Assembly: GCA_041665465.1 (NCBI GenBank)
Contig: JBAYIU010000001.1
Span: 1,406,260-1,470,259, forward strand
From: Candidatus Woesearchaeota archaeon
GTDB lineage: Archaea; Nanobdellota; Nanobdellia; Woesearchaeales; GW2011-AR9
Direction: 5' to 3'
Length of the DNA stretch: 64,000 nt
Part shown: positions 20,207 to 29,707 of the stretch, in pieces
How positions within the stretch are numbered: position 1 is the first letter of the stretch
Layout: each line of letters opens with the position of its first letter
Program-made: the position numbers and the translations under genes
The notes under the pieces: generated by a model
Told to the model about the DNA's origin: nothing
The model's input: the letters and a program-made list of their open reading frames with translations, nothing else
Database searches by the model: none

Positions 20207-20407
20207 TTATTTCTTCAACTTGGCTCTGGCCTCTTTTACAGTAAGACAGTTAGTCGTATCCATAAGTAATTCTTGCAGCTGCCTCTCTTTAGCTGAATTA
20301 AGCAGCCTTGAAAGTACTTCATCATAAGTTTCTCCCTTAATCCCAAACTCTTTGATCTGATCTCGAACCTCTTCTGAAATGGCAATGGTGGTAGTCATAA
20401 TTTTCAC
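20207..20407 (-). CDS. Putative antitoxin (small DNA-binding partner of the RelE/ParE-like toxin)
   Basis: 66 aa, 'TIAISEEVRDQIKEF...YDEVLSRLL' resembles RHH/Phd-type antitoxin N-termini. First gene of the bicistron. Confidence 0.45.
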   Translation of the reverse strand: MKIMTTTIAISEEVRDQIKEFGIKGETYDEVLSRLLNSAKERQLQELLMDTTNCLTVKEARAKLKK

Positions 20408-20409
20408 CT

Positions 20410-20447
20410 ATAACGGTTATAATTAGTATAATGACTATAATGGTTAT
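20410..20447. promoter_or_regulatory. Two copies of near-palindrome ATAAC-G-GTTAT (20410..20420, 20437..20447) in the promoter of the toxin-antitoxin operon, overlapping a TATA-like TTTATATAA; candidate antitoxin operator
   Basis: Read directly; located immediately upstream (minus-strand sense) of the antitoxin start. Confidence 0.4.
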
Positions 20448-20553
20448 ATAAATCTTTCTGTGAAAAAGAGTGCAAATTCCAAAGTATCAGTACAAATTGT
20501 ATCCCTCCCATTTTTACTAAACCTTTAAAAAGCACCCGAATAACTTCCGTCTT

Positions 20554-21591
20554 ATGCTTACCCAGGAAGAAGTTAATATATTAAGAGAAGAAGTTCTTAC
20601 TGCTAGAAATCCCCTTTTTATTTATGATGACGATCCGGATGGTTTATGTTCTTTCCTGATCCTATATAGAATGATTCGTGAAGGACACGGAACCATGGTT
20701 AAAACTTCTCCTAAGGTGGATGTTTCTTTCTTAAGAAGAGTAGAAGAATATCAACCGGATAAGATTTTTGTGTTGGATATGCCTTTTATAGATCAAGAGT
20801 TCTTGGACGGAGTTAAAGTTCCGGTATTCTGGATTGATCATCATGATCCTCAACAGATGCATAAAGTTAAGTATTTTAACCCTAAGACCAGAGAACCAAA
20901 TTCTTATTATCCTGTTACCTGGTTAGCCTACCAAATCTCTGGTAATCCTGAAGATTTGTGGCTAGCAACTACCGGGGTATTGTTTGACGCAGCTATGCCC
21001 AACTTTATTGGTGCTGCACAAGAAAAGTACCCTGAATTGATTCCCTCAACTCCAAAAACAGTAGCTGAAGCAGTATACAAAATGCCTATTGGTAAATTAG
21101 TCAGAATATTCTCGTTCTTATTGAAAGGAGCAACTTCTGAAGTTAATCGGTGCATTAAGATTCTTTCCAGAATTAAATCTCCAGAAGAGATTCTTGAACA
21201 AACTACTTCTCAAGGCAAATTTCTTTACACTCATTATGATAAGATGGTTCATGCTTATGATAATATGTTAGAAAGAGCTAAGGAAAAAGTCACTCGAAGT
21301 AAATTGCTTCTATTTTATTATACCGAGCAAAAATGGTCTTTTACTTCTGATTTAGCTAATGAACTATTTTCGTTGTATCCTCAGAAAGTAATTCTCATCG
21401 CTAGAAACAAAAGTGGAGAGATGAAATGTAGTTTACGTAGTGATGCTCCTATTACTAAAGCTTTAGAGAACGCTTTAATCGGTGTAGAAGGATATGGTGG
21501 TGGACATCCCAAAGCTTGTGGTGTAGTAGTTAAAGAGAAAGACTGGGAACAATTCTTGAAGAACCTTAAAAGAGAAATTAAGAAGATTTAA
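20554..21591 (+). CDS. DHH/DHHA1 phosphoesterase (NrnA/RecJ-like nuclease family)
   Basis: 'DDDPDGLCS' (motif I/II), 'WIDHHDP' (DHH), C-terminal 'GYGGGHPKACG' (DHHA1 GGGH). Confidence 0.8.
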   Translation: MLTQEEVNILREEVLTARNPLFIYDDDPDGLCSFLILYRMIREGHGTMVKTSPKVDVSFLRRVEEYQPDKIFVLDMPFIDQEFLDGVKVPVFWIDHHDPQQMHKVKYFNPKTREPNSYYPVTWLAYQISGNPEDLWLATTGVLFDAAMPNFIGAAQEKYPELIPSTPKTVAEAVYKMPIGKLVRIFSFLLKGATSEVNRCIKILSRIKSPEEILEQTTSQGKFLYTHYDKMVHAYDNMLERAKEKVTRSKLLLFYYTEQKWSFTSDLANELFSLYPQKVILIARNKSGEMKCSLRSDAPITKALENALIGVEGYGGGHPKACGVVVKEKDWEQFLKNLKREIKKI

Positions 21592-21620
21592 ATATCTCTT
21601 CTTTTTCTCCTCTGACTGAA

Positions 21621-22013
21621 ATGTCTCTCTTTTCAAACTTGCTAATGCTGTTAATAGGATATAGCGGTATTCTGTTTGGGATTATCTTAAGCTATATTGC
21701 TCCGGAAGAATTATCCTCCGGAAAGAGGTATTTTATGTTGTTAAGAATGATTCTTTATCTACTCTTTAACCTAATTGTAATCTATTTTTCTTGGTCTATG
21801 AATGATTTGTTTGGAATATTAATCTTGTTGATATTAATCATTGGATCAATATTCGTCTATAAGTTCCCTCAAAAATCTTATTCCTGGTGGGGATTATATG
21901 TGGTGTTTACTTTGTGCTACTTTTTAATCCCTGTATCAAATTTTCAAACTTTAGCTACAGTGTTAACTTTCCTATATGGGTTACCCTTAGGAACCTTACT
22001 AAGAACTCCATGA
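21621..22013 (+). CDS. Small polytopic membrane protein
   Basis: Four hydrophobic helices; overlaps the next start by ATGA. Confidence 0.4.
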   Translation: MSLFSNLLMLLIGYSGILFGIILSYIAPEELSSGKRYFMLLRMILYLLFNLIVIYFSWSMNDLFGILILLILIIGSIFVYKFPQKSYSWWGLYVVFTLCYFLIPVSNFQTLATVLTFLYGLPLGTLLRTP

Positions 22014-22660
22014 AGACCAAAGAAAAACAAGATTTGGAAGATGCTTTGAAAGAGAAAGTATCGCCTCTATTAGAAGAGACTATGGAAAAAAATTGGGGTA
22101 TCACCATCCCTAAATTAGGGTCAGATATCACCGATAATCTCAAGAACCCACAATTGAACATTTATATTCCTCCTGATTTAAACTTTGATCAAGCTAAAAA
22201 ACATTTTAAAGGGGAGTTTGTTAAACGAGAATTACGCCTTAACAAGGGAAATATTTCTCAACTGGCTAAATTACTTGGTGTGAATAGAAGAAGTATTCAT
22301 CGAGTGATAAAAGATCTTTCTATCGATAAGAAAAAAGAAACGTTATTATCTAAAGAAGATTATCAACAAGATGTGATTGATAAAACTCTACGTAGTACTT
22401 TAGATCAGTATAAAGCCATCATTCATCCTCAGCAAATGGAAAAGATGTATCAAGAAGTGTCTACTCTTTCTCGAAATATCGCCAAATTTATCCCTTTTGA
22501 AGAACTCTCTTGGAAAGAAGCAGAACGAGAATTTGAAAGACAGTTTTTACAACAAGCTCTTCGTGAGCAGGATAACAATATTTCTAAAACTGCTCAGAAG
22601 ATTGATATTCGTATCGAAACTTTGTACCGGAAGATTAAGAAACTGGGGTTGAAAGGATAG
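22010..22660 (+). CDS. DNA-binding protein with two Fis-type HTH motifs
   Basis: 'GNISQLAKLLGVNRRSIHRVIKDL' and C-terminal 'NISKTAQKIDIRIETLYRKIKKLG'. Start chosen at MKTKEKQ (the track ORF starts earlier, inside the previous gene). Confidence 0.45.
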   Translation: MKTKEKQDLEDALKEKVSPLLEETMEKNWGITIPKLGSDITDNLKNPQLNIYIPPDLNFDQAKKHFKGEFVKRELRLNKGNISQLAKLLGVNRRSIHRVIKDLSIDKKKETLLSKEDYQQDVIDKTLRSTLDQYKAIIHPQQMEKMYQEVSTLSRNIAKFIPFEELSWKEAEREFERQFLQQALREQDNNISKTAQKIDIRIETLYRKIKKLGLKG

Positions 22661-22722
22661 TTGTCTCTTTTCAGTAGTAAGGTTTATAAATGGTCGTTCT
22701 TTTTTGATACTTGGTGATTTAA

Positions 22723-23232
22723 ATGAGATACATATCAAATATTGTTATGGCTTTAGCTTTTCCTATAATGGTTGGATGTTATGGTCCTCAAACCGTAGAA
22801 GAACGTTCTCCTGTTTTACATGAAAATGGAAGAGTAACTCAACTTACTTATGTTCCTGCTACTCGGAGTAGTAGAATTAGTCCGACTCTTGATTCAAACT
22901 TGAACGTGGGGATTGGTTTTACTGCTATTGGTGGCAGTGGGCTTAGTCCAGCTATTGATTCATCCTCAAACGTAGGGGTTGGTTCTTCTTCTGAGAATGG
23001 AGCTGTTTATGGTGTAACCTTCGAATCTCCAAAGGGAAGATTTGTTTCTCAAGGAACTGATCAGCGTCATCAGGATTTGTGGAAAAGAATGAAAAAAGAT
23101 GTTCCGGTAGAGGTTACCTATCAAGAGGTATATTCTGTTACCTATCAAGATACCGATGGGGATAGGAAAAAAGAACAAGTTGGTCCTAGAAGATTTGTTC
23201 GGTTTGACTTTCTTGATGCTCAACTAAAATAA
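22723..23232 (+). CDS. Secreted/lipoprotein-like hypothetical protein
   Basis: 'MALAFPIMVGCYGP' signal plus Cys, Gly/Ser-rich middle. Confidence 0.4.
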   Translation: MRYISNIVMALAFPIMVGCYGPQTVEERSPVLHENGRVTQLTYVPATRSSRISPTLDSNLNVGIGFTAIGGSGLSPAIDSSSNVGVGSSSENGAVYGVTFESPKGRFVSQGTDQRHQDLWKRMKKDVPVEVTYQEVYSVTYQDTDGDRKKEQVGPRRFVRFDFLDAQLK

Positions 23233-23237
23233 TTTTC

Positions 23238-23453
23238 TTATTTCATTAATCTTTCATATTGTTCTGTAGATAATATTCCTTCTATTCTTAATCTGTCATA
23301 AATTTCTTTACGAAAAAGAGGTTCAGGAATAGTCCTAAGATGTTTCTCCCAAAGATCTAAAGGAATTCCGCTGTTTTGATAATATTCTCTCTCTATAGTG
23401 TAAACTCTAGTCAGAGCTTTAATCAACCGTTCTTGATTCGTTTCTGGAAGCAT
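23238..23453 (-). CDS. Small hypothetical protein (71 aa)
   Basis: ORF only. Confidence 0.25.
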   Translation of the reverse strand: MLPETNQERLIKALTRVYTIEREYYQNSGIPLDLWEKHLRTIPEPLFRKEIYDRLRIEGILSTEQYERLMK

Positions 23454-23587
23454 AATTTGATTTTTAAAGGAAGAATTATAAAACTTTTGTCTTAAAGCCG
23501 AGATTTAAACCTAATCTCTCCACTCCACCACCAAAAACTTTAAGAAGCCCACCGATACCCTTTAGCTATCCAAAAGAGGGATAACTA

Positions 23588-24226
23588 ATGGTAAAAGAAT
23601 TTTTTATGAACTTGCTGAAAAGGCTATCGTTTAATCCTTTTGCTAAAAAGAGCCATATTAAGCTCGGTTTATACGGTCCGCCTAATGGTGGAAAGTCTAC
23701 TTTAGCTAACCGTATTTGTGAAGATTGGTTAGGAGAAAGTATGTCTAGCGTATCTCATATTCCTCATGAAACTCGAGAAATTGTGATCAAAGAGCAAGTT
23801 ACCATTAAGAATGGTAAAGGTAAAGAGTTAACTTTCTCTTTGGTCGATACTCCCGGAATCGCTACTAAAATTGATTATGAAGACTTTCTAAAAAAGGGAC
23901 TGAACAAAGAAGAATCTAAAAGACGAGCTAAAGAAGCGACTAAAGGGGTTATTGACTCCATTAAATGGTTAGATAAGATGGAATCGGTAATCGTAGTATT
24001 AGATGCTACCCAGGATCCTTATTCACAAGTTAACGTTACTATCTTGGGAAACTTACAAGCTCGAGACATTCCCGTATTGATTGTAGCAAATAAGGTTGAT
24101 CTAAAGAAGTCTAGTATTGACTCTATTCAATCAGCTTTTCCCCAGTACAAAGTTATCGGAATTTCCGCTAAATATGGTAAGAATATAGAAGACTTTTATG
24201 AGGAATTGTTCAAGTTTGCTAAGTAA
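23588..24226 (+). CDS. Small P-loop GTPase
   Basis: G1 'GPPNGGKST', G3 'DTPG', G4 'NKVD', G5 'SAK'. Confidence 0.8.
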   Translation: MVKEFFMNLLKRLSFNPFAKKSHIKLGLYGPPNGGKSTLANRICEDWLGESMSSVSHIPHETREIVIKEQVTIKNGKGKELTFSLVDTPGIATKIDYEDFLKKGLNKEESKRRAKEATKGVIDSIKWLDKMESVIVVLDATQDPYSQVNVTILGNLQARDIPVLIVANKVDLKKSSIDSIQSAFPQYKVIGISAKYGKNIEDFYEELFKFAK

Positions 24227-24314
24227 GATATATATTATAATCCCTATAATAAAAAATAAAGTTTAAAAACTATAGATGTTTCCTATACATAGAAAAGAGG
24301 TTTAGATAGTAAAA

Positions 24315-24692
24315 ATGGTTACGTTTCAATTTGTTCCTTATCAAGATATCGAGAATTTATCCTCCGCTAAACGGATTAATAAGCTCTTAAATATTGTTAA
24401 AGAGAATAAGATTGTTCTGATGGAAGGGCGTTTAAAGAAGGAAGAAGAAGCCGATTTAATTGAAATTACTATGGGCGAGATTACCCAGAAATTCAAAGGA
24501 ATTGAATTAAGTGTGATTTATCCAGATAGAAGTAAACAAGATCTGTTCCAGAAAGTTAAAGGGACCATGACTAGTGTGTTGCTAGGAAATCGTGAAGGCA
24601 TGACTATTATCGGGCCGGCGTCAATCGTTAAAAAGATTGAGAAGAACCCCAATAAGATTGAGTTATTCACGCGAGAAGCGCGTGGAGATTAA
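24315..24692 (+). CDS. Uncharacterised archaeal protein (DUF2073-like, usually encoded next to this GTPase)
   Basis: Conserved-neighbourhood recollection (GTPase, DUF2073, Zn-ribbon); no catalytic motif. Confidence 0.5.
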   Translation: MVTFQFVPYQDIENLSSAKRINKLLNIVKENKIVLMEGRLKKEEEADLIEITMGEITQKFKGIELSVIYPDRSKQDLFQKVKGTMTSVLLGNREGMTIIGPASIVKKIEKNPNKIELFTREARGD

Positions 24693-24748
24693 AACCTATA
24701 TAATCGTAAAGAGAAAAGGTTAAAAAGCCGTTGGGCTGATAAATATAT

Positions 24749-25147
24749 ATGCCACACCAATGCGTCCGATGTAATACCCTTTATCCGGAAGGGGCAGAAG
24801 AAATTCTTAAAGGATGTAAATGCGGAGCTCGATTATTTTTTTATATCAAACAGCAACACATTGATGAAGGTAAGAAACTTATCAGCAATTTAACTGCAGA
24901 AGATAAGAAAGCAATAGAAGAGGATGTTACCGAGATCTTAACCTTAAAATCCACTCCTGATGCTCCGGTAGTGTTAGATATCGAAGCAATTAGAATCTTA
25001 AAACCGGGGAAGTATGAATTAGACTTAGTACATTTGTTCAAGAAAGATCCACTGATAATTAAATTAGAAGAAGGAAAGTATGTGATTGATTTACCTCATT
25101 TGTTTAAAGAATCTTCTTTAGATAAGGATGAAGACAGTTCTCTTTAG
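24749..25147 (+). CDS. Zn-ribbon protein (DUF2072-like)
   Basis: N-terminal 'CVRCNTLY...CKCGARLF' C4 ribbon; third member of the conserved triad. Confidence 0.5.
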   Translation: MPHQCVRCNTLYPEGAEEILKGCKCGARLFFYIKQQHIDEGKKLISNLTAEDKKAIEEDVTEILTLKSTPDAPVVLDIEAIRILKPGKYELDLVHLFKKDPLIIKLEEGKYVIDLPHLFKESSLDKDEDSSL

Positions 25148-25215
25148 TTTTTAGATTAACTTACGAGTGTTCTAGTCTAGAAATACTTATAAATTTAGGA
25201 CTACTGTAATTAAAT

Positions 25216-26022
25216 ATGGGTTATGATACGAAATTAGTTATTGATGATCAAGGAGCACTTAAAATTGATAGCTTAACTGCTTTAACTTCTGAAGATTGGG
25301 GAGATTGGATCAGAGATCAACTTCAAGAGAGGATGGTGGTAATGATTAGTGGAGAGCATGAAGATGATTCTACTTCTGTGTTTTCAAGACATGTTCCTTA
25401 TTTGGATCCTTCTGAAAGAATTAAAGCCTATGAAGGCATAACTCAATGTCTGGACGGAGCTTATCAAGAAAGAAAGGACGATTCAAAAAGATCTCAGTGG
25501 AATGATCATTTCTTAGATAGCTTACTTTTCTTAACCGGAGATATAGAATCCCGATCTGAAAGAGATGGGTTCAATCACCAAGATGATTATTTTGCTCAAA
25601 GAAGTGAGTTAATTACTAGATTTTTAGAAATACTAGAGGCAAAACCTAGTTTAAGCAGTTCTAGAAAAAAGATTGATCTTTATGGAAGAACATTGCAGGC
25701 TCTTTGTGGTACTCAGTCAAAATTACCTTTAGAATTCTGGAATAAACAACTTGAACTTTCTCCTTCCGTTTATGGGTCAGTTTGTTTTAGCGGAGCCTCA
25801 TATAATTCTCCTTATGATGGAATAGCTATTATTTCTCAAGTTGATTGGTCTGAAAGAACGAAATGGACCATGCACGGCTCTTTATTGTACTTTTATCATA
25901 AACATTATGGAGATAAGGAAGTAATAGAAGCAATTGAAAGAAAGAAGTTGGAACTTCCAGCAAGAGCACATGAAGTGTTTGATTTAGCAAAGAGTGGTGC
26001 TGATCGTCTTGTAAAAGGATAA
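25216..26022 (+). CDS. Hypothetical protein
   Basis: ORF. Confidence 0.35.
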   Translation: MGYDTKLVIDDQGALKIDSLTALTSEDWGDWIRDQLQERMVVMISGEHEDDSTSVFSRHVPYLDPSERIKAYEGITQCLDGAYQERKDDSKRSQWNDHFLDSLLFLTGDIESRSERDGFNHQDDYFAQRSELITRFLEILEAKPSLSSSRKKIDLYGRTLQALCGTQSKLPLEFWNKQLELSPSVYGSVCFSGASYNSPYDGIAIISQVDWSERTKWTMHGSLLYFYHKHYGDKEVIEAIERKKLELPARAHEVFDLAKSGADRLVKG

Positions 26023-26028
26023 GTTAAT

Positions 26029-26697
26029 TTAATCCTTTACAACTTCTGGTGCTAGCTGTAAAACCTTTTTCTTTCGAGAAAATTTATCTCGTATCGCTTT
26101 TAAAACTCCTTTCTGAGTAGTGGGGGGAACATAAACCTGTTCTAAGAAATATTCTGCACCAAATCCTCCTTCTACTGCTAATAATGCTCCAGCTGCTGCT
26201 GATTTAACTAAGAATGATAATTGAGGACATAATTCTGGATGATTTTCACATGCGGGCATGGGGGTGTTAGTAACCAAAGAATAAATTCCTGCCATTACAA
26301 ATGATAAAGGTACATATATATTCTTGAATGCTCTCCATCCAGAAAATTTGGGTTGAGATGGGCATCCGGTTTCTGTGATTAATTCTAGTTCTCTGTCTTC
26401 TGCTTTCTGGTATCTTTCATTTATCCCCGCTAGACTTCTTGCTTCAACTGCAGTTACTCCTCCTACAAATCCTAAAGAGATTAAATAATGTGCGGGAGTG
26501 GAATAATTTCCTTGTAAAATAGTCGCAAGACCAAAATAGGCAGCCATTCCAAATAAACTAACCCGACCAGCAACTTCTGCTCTTTTTGCTAAATCATATT
26601 TGCTATATCCAAAATGATCTTGACAGTAAGTGGTTGCTTTCTCAAAGCCATTCCAGATAGCCATGTCCGCTTTAAGGAAAAGATCTTCTAATCCCAT
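26029..26697 (-). CDS. Hypothetical integral membrane protein
   Basis: Multiple hydrophobic segments. Confidence 0.4.
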   Translation of the reverse strand: MGLEDLFLKADMAIWNGFEKATTYCQDHFGYSKYDLAKRAEVAGRVSLFGMAAYFGLATILQGNYSTPAHYLISLGFVGGVTAVEARSLAGINERYQKAEDRELELITETGCPSQPKFSGWRAFKNIYVPLSFVMAGIYSLVTNTPMPACENHPELCPQLSFLVKSAAAGALLAVEGGFGAEYFLEQVYVPPTTQKGVLKAIRDKFSRKKKVLQLAPEVVKD

Positions 26698-26836
26698 ATG
26701 GTAAAAATCCTCGTTAGTTTATTGAGAAGGGGATTATTTATAAAACTTTTGTATTTAATCTACTGAGGAGTAGTAATTTTACCAAAGGCCATTTTATTCT
26801 TCCAACTATCTTTTAAAAATAATCCCTAAAATATTT

Positions 26837-27349
26837 TTACAACTTACTCTTTACTGCTTTATCCGAGATAATCGCAGAATGGCCAGAAGGATCTTCAATA
26901 ATAATCTTTAACTTTTCTCTGCCTACTAAAGCTTTACCTAATTTCTTAACCAAATTTCTGCCTTTGTTCTTGGCATCTTCGTCTTCTTCTCCTTCAACAG
27001 AAGACTCAATCATTTTCTTGATTTTTTCTAATAATCCTTCTACATTAGTGATGAACCCTTCAGAAGCTACTCCTGGTTCCATAGTTATTACATGAGGAAT
27101 CTTTACTGTAGCTTCTCCGGACTTAACGATTCTGACGTTTAAGTCTTCTTCGCTTTCTACTTCAAAAGTATACTTAGCTGGTTCTTTCTCTTCTGCCGGC
27201 TCGATATCGGACTTACGGAAACCGCATCCTTCACATTCCATCGATAGAACATAAACTTTACCAAAGTAAGGTATATCTAATTCTTCCTCTTTCAAGGTTA
27301 ACTTCTTTTCTCCACATAAGTGGCATGGTTGTCCTTTAAGTTCTGACAT
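26837..27349 (-). CDS. ZPR1-type zinc-finger protein (COG1779-like)
   Basis: 'CHLCGEKK...' and 'MECEGCGFRK' paired CxxC, followed by ZPR1-like beta-rich domain. Confidence 0.65.
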   Translation of the reverse strand: MSELKGQPCHLCGEKKLTLKEEELDIPYFGKVYVLSMECEGCGFRKSDIEPAEEKEPAKYTFEVESEEDLNVRIVKSGEATVKIPHVITMEPGVASEGFITNVEGLLEKIKKMIESSVEGEEDEDAKNKGRNLVKKLGKALVGREKLKIIIEDPSGHSAIISDKAVKSKL

Positions 27350-27431
27350 AAGCTTAGCATAGATTTGGCATTTAAAAAGATTTCTATGAGGAAAGCTTAA
27401 GATTCAAATATCTTCTTTTAGATGAAGTAAG

Positions 27432-27440
27432 TTTTATAAA
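27432..27440 (+). promoter_or_regulatory. TATA box (TTTTATAAA) about 30 nt upstream of the tRNA
   Basis: Position and sequence. Confidence 0.5.
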
Positions 27441-27465
27441 TAGCATTTAAATTTATTCTCTTAAT

Positions 27466-27567
27466 GCACCGATGATATAACGGTTAGTATTACAGCCTTC
27501 CAAGCTGTCTATCGGGGTTCGAATGCAAGCAAGTCTAATTTGCTGCGAGAAAGTCCCCGTCGGTGCA
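27466..27567 (+). tRNA. tRNA-Gly (anticodon UCC) with a 30-nt non-canonical intron (27525..27554) between the T-loop and the 3' T-stem; no encoded CCA
   Basis: Acceptor GCACCGA/TCGGTGC. D-arm ATAT-AACGGTTA-GTAT. Anticodon stem ACAGC/GCTGT with loop CTTCCAA. T-stem CGGGG, loop TTCGAAT, then the 30-nt insert before CCCCG. T-tract follows. Confidence 0.7.
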
Positions 27568-27569
27568 GT

Positions 27570-27580
27570 TCTTTTTCCTT
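27570..27580 (+). terminator. T-rich tract after the tRNA (archaeal-type terminator)
   Basis: 'ctttttcctt' immediately 3' of the discriminator. Confidence 0.4.
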
Positions 27581-27654
27581 AATTTGTTTAATTCAGCATG
27601 TAGTTACTTCATTCTAATAATATTTATATAGCTCTTTCCCGCCCAGAGCTTAAA

Positions 27655-28674
27655 ATGGCAACTTTATATGGAATCCTATATGCTGGCAACCAGCTGAGAT
27701 ATATGGATCTCACTGAAACAAAAGATACCTTCATGGTTAACAATCCCTTTTTAGGAAAATCAGGTATTCGTGGAATTGAGAGCCTTACTTTATTCAACGA
27801 TGACGTGGTTTTCTCTGGAAGGACTTATGATGTTCGAGGAGGTTATGATACTGGCGAATATATCTTCCATCTCTTTTCTGATGCTAAGCCGGTAATTCGC
27901 CGATCTTCTTCTTTCGACTTTGCCGTTCACAACGGAAAACTGATTGATGCCGGTTTTGAGCATTTAAGTTTAGCAGATAGAGATCCAAATCGTAGTGCCC
28001 TTCCCTTTTTGATCTCCGAGGAAGAGATGAGAAGTGCAGGATTAAGTGGTTTCATAGGGTTAGGGGTTGATGCAGAAGAAAGGTTGTATGCTTGGGCTTG
28101 GAAAGAAGGAAGAAATCCCAATACTCGCAGTCCGGAAACAGTAGCTACGGTTCTAGTAAATCTAGATTGCTGTAATAATTATTATAATGTTGGCAAAACA
28201 GTTCTTACTTACAATAAAAGAGGTGGAGATTGTACTCGTGGAATTCTTCTTCCCGGAGGAGAACTTAGAGGAGAGGATGGTCAGGATTATCCCTTCTCGG
28301 CTCTAAGCACTTCTTTTGGAGATTACTTAGACCTAAACGGAAAAAAAGTTGAAGGTTCTGAAGCAGGTAAATCTAATTGGTGGCGAGATGTTAGAACTAT
28401 TTCTCTGGAAGGAAGTCAACTAGAAGTATTATGTTCAGATTATGTTGGAAGAGTTTTTACTGCCCTGAATATCGACCTTTCTAGTCCAAAAGTTGTTGAA
28501 CGTCGTTCTATCGGATCGATTCGGAAAGAAATGGATCACACTATTAATAGAGCTCTACCCATTACTGATGAAAAATGGCATACTCAGTTAATGGAAAGAG
28601 GCCGGCAGATGAGAAGTAGGGGTATAAAAGAATTTGTCCCTAACATTCCCTCTGGTGGTAGGGGGTGTTGTTAG
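27655..28674 (+). CDS. Hypothetical protein (339 aa), somewhat higher GC than neighbours
   Basis: ORF; no motif recognised; ends GGRGCC. Confidence 0.4.
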   Translation: MATLYGILYAGNQLRYMDLTETKDTFMVNNPFLGKSGIRGIESLTLFNDDVVFSGRTYDVRGGYDTGEYIFHLFSDAKPVIRRSSSFDFAVHNGKLIDAGFEHLSLADRDPNRSALPFLISEEEMRSAGLSGFIGLGVDAEERLYAWAWKEGRNPNTRSPETVATVLVNLDCCNNYYNVGKTVLTYNKRGGDCTRGILLPGGELRGEDGQDYPFSALSTSFGDYLDLNGKKVEGSEAGKSNWWRDVRTISLEGSQLEVLCSDYVGRVFTALNIDLSSPKVVERRSIGSIRKEMDHTINRALPITDEKWHTQLMERGRQMRSRGIKEFVPNIPSGGRGCC

Positions 28675-28687
28675 AATTATATTTTTT

Positions 28688-29611
28688 CTAACTTCTCCAT
28701 TCTACTTCCAACTCTTCAAAATGACCTAAATGATGAGCTTTAAGGAAAGCGTCTATTACTAATCTAATCTTATCTTCTTTATATTTGGGTCTTAACTTAC
28801 GAACGATTAAATATAATGTTCTTTGATCTTCTATCATAGTATCCATCTTTAATGCGGCATCTCCAATATCCTCATCTTCGGTTAAACTGGCTTTGGCTCT
28901 TTCTATCAAAGCCAGAAAGATGTCCTCTCCCAAATCTCGATATCTTCCTGATTTTCCATAAGCCATCTTGGCTACCATTGCCTTAACAAAGAGGTCTTCT
29001 TCAGTTTCTATCTCCTCTTCCAACTCTTGTTCTAGTAATACTGAACGAGCTAGTTTCACAATTGCAGCATGTTCAGAAATACTCCCTTGGGAATAGCTCT
29101 CTGCCCTAAACGCTTTATACAAAGCTGCTTCGTTGAAGAAGATTAAACGAAACAATCTTTCTAATAATTCTTTAGAAGGCTTTCTTAAAACTAATTTAAT
29201 CAAATGGTGTTCTAAAATTAAAGTATCATGGATCTCTTTAAAGATGATTAAAAGAGCTGCTTGTTTTTTCTTTTCTTGAACTAATTCTCTGGCTATACTT
29301 CCAATATTCAGATCATTCCTTAATTTATCTAAATCTCTAAGAAGAATTTCTTCTTCTTTCTCTTCTTCCTCTAATGTGATTAATTCTGGAGGGATTAACG
29401 CTTCTATCTGTTGTAATACTCTGCGTGTTTCATCAAAGTTGATTAGCGCTTGCTCGATATATTGTCCAAATCTGAAATGCTTGGCTAAGGCTTCTCTTTG
29501 CGGAAAATTGTTCAAATGAGCATCCCATAGAACTAATCTCTTTTCCTCGTCTAGTTCTAATCTCTTAGCAGCTTTCTTATTATCTCCAAAAAGATGATTA
29601 AGTAAACCCAT
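28688..29611 (-). CDS. Hypothetical Glu/Lys-rich helical protein
   Basis: ORF. Confidence 0.35.
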   Translation of the reverse strand: MGLLNHLFGDNKKAAKRLELDEEKRLVLWDAHLNNFPQREALAKHFRFGQYIEQALINFDETRRVLQQIEALIPPELITLEEEEKEEEILLRDLDKLRNDLNIGSIARELVQEKKKQAALLIIFKEIHDTLILEHHLIKLVLRKPSKELLERLFRLIFFNEAALYKAFRAESYSQGSISEHAAIVKLARSVLLEQELEEEIETEEDLFVKAMVAKMAYGKSGRYRDLGEDIFLALIERAKASLTEDEDIGDAALKMDTMIEDQRTLYLIVRKLRPKYKEDKIRLVIDAFLKAHHLGHFEELEVEWRS

Positions 29612-29707
29612 AATATTTAGAAAATGAGGATATTAATAAATGATTTGTTTGTTAAACTAAAGCTCTCCTCCGCAAATAATATAAACCCTTAAATTCCCAT
29701 TTTATCT

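Noticed and set aside
20928-23223. Short ORFs 20928..21155, 21955..22161, 22547..22738, 22966..23223
   Set aside because: Antisense/out-of-frame overlaps of motif-supported genes.
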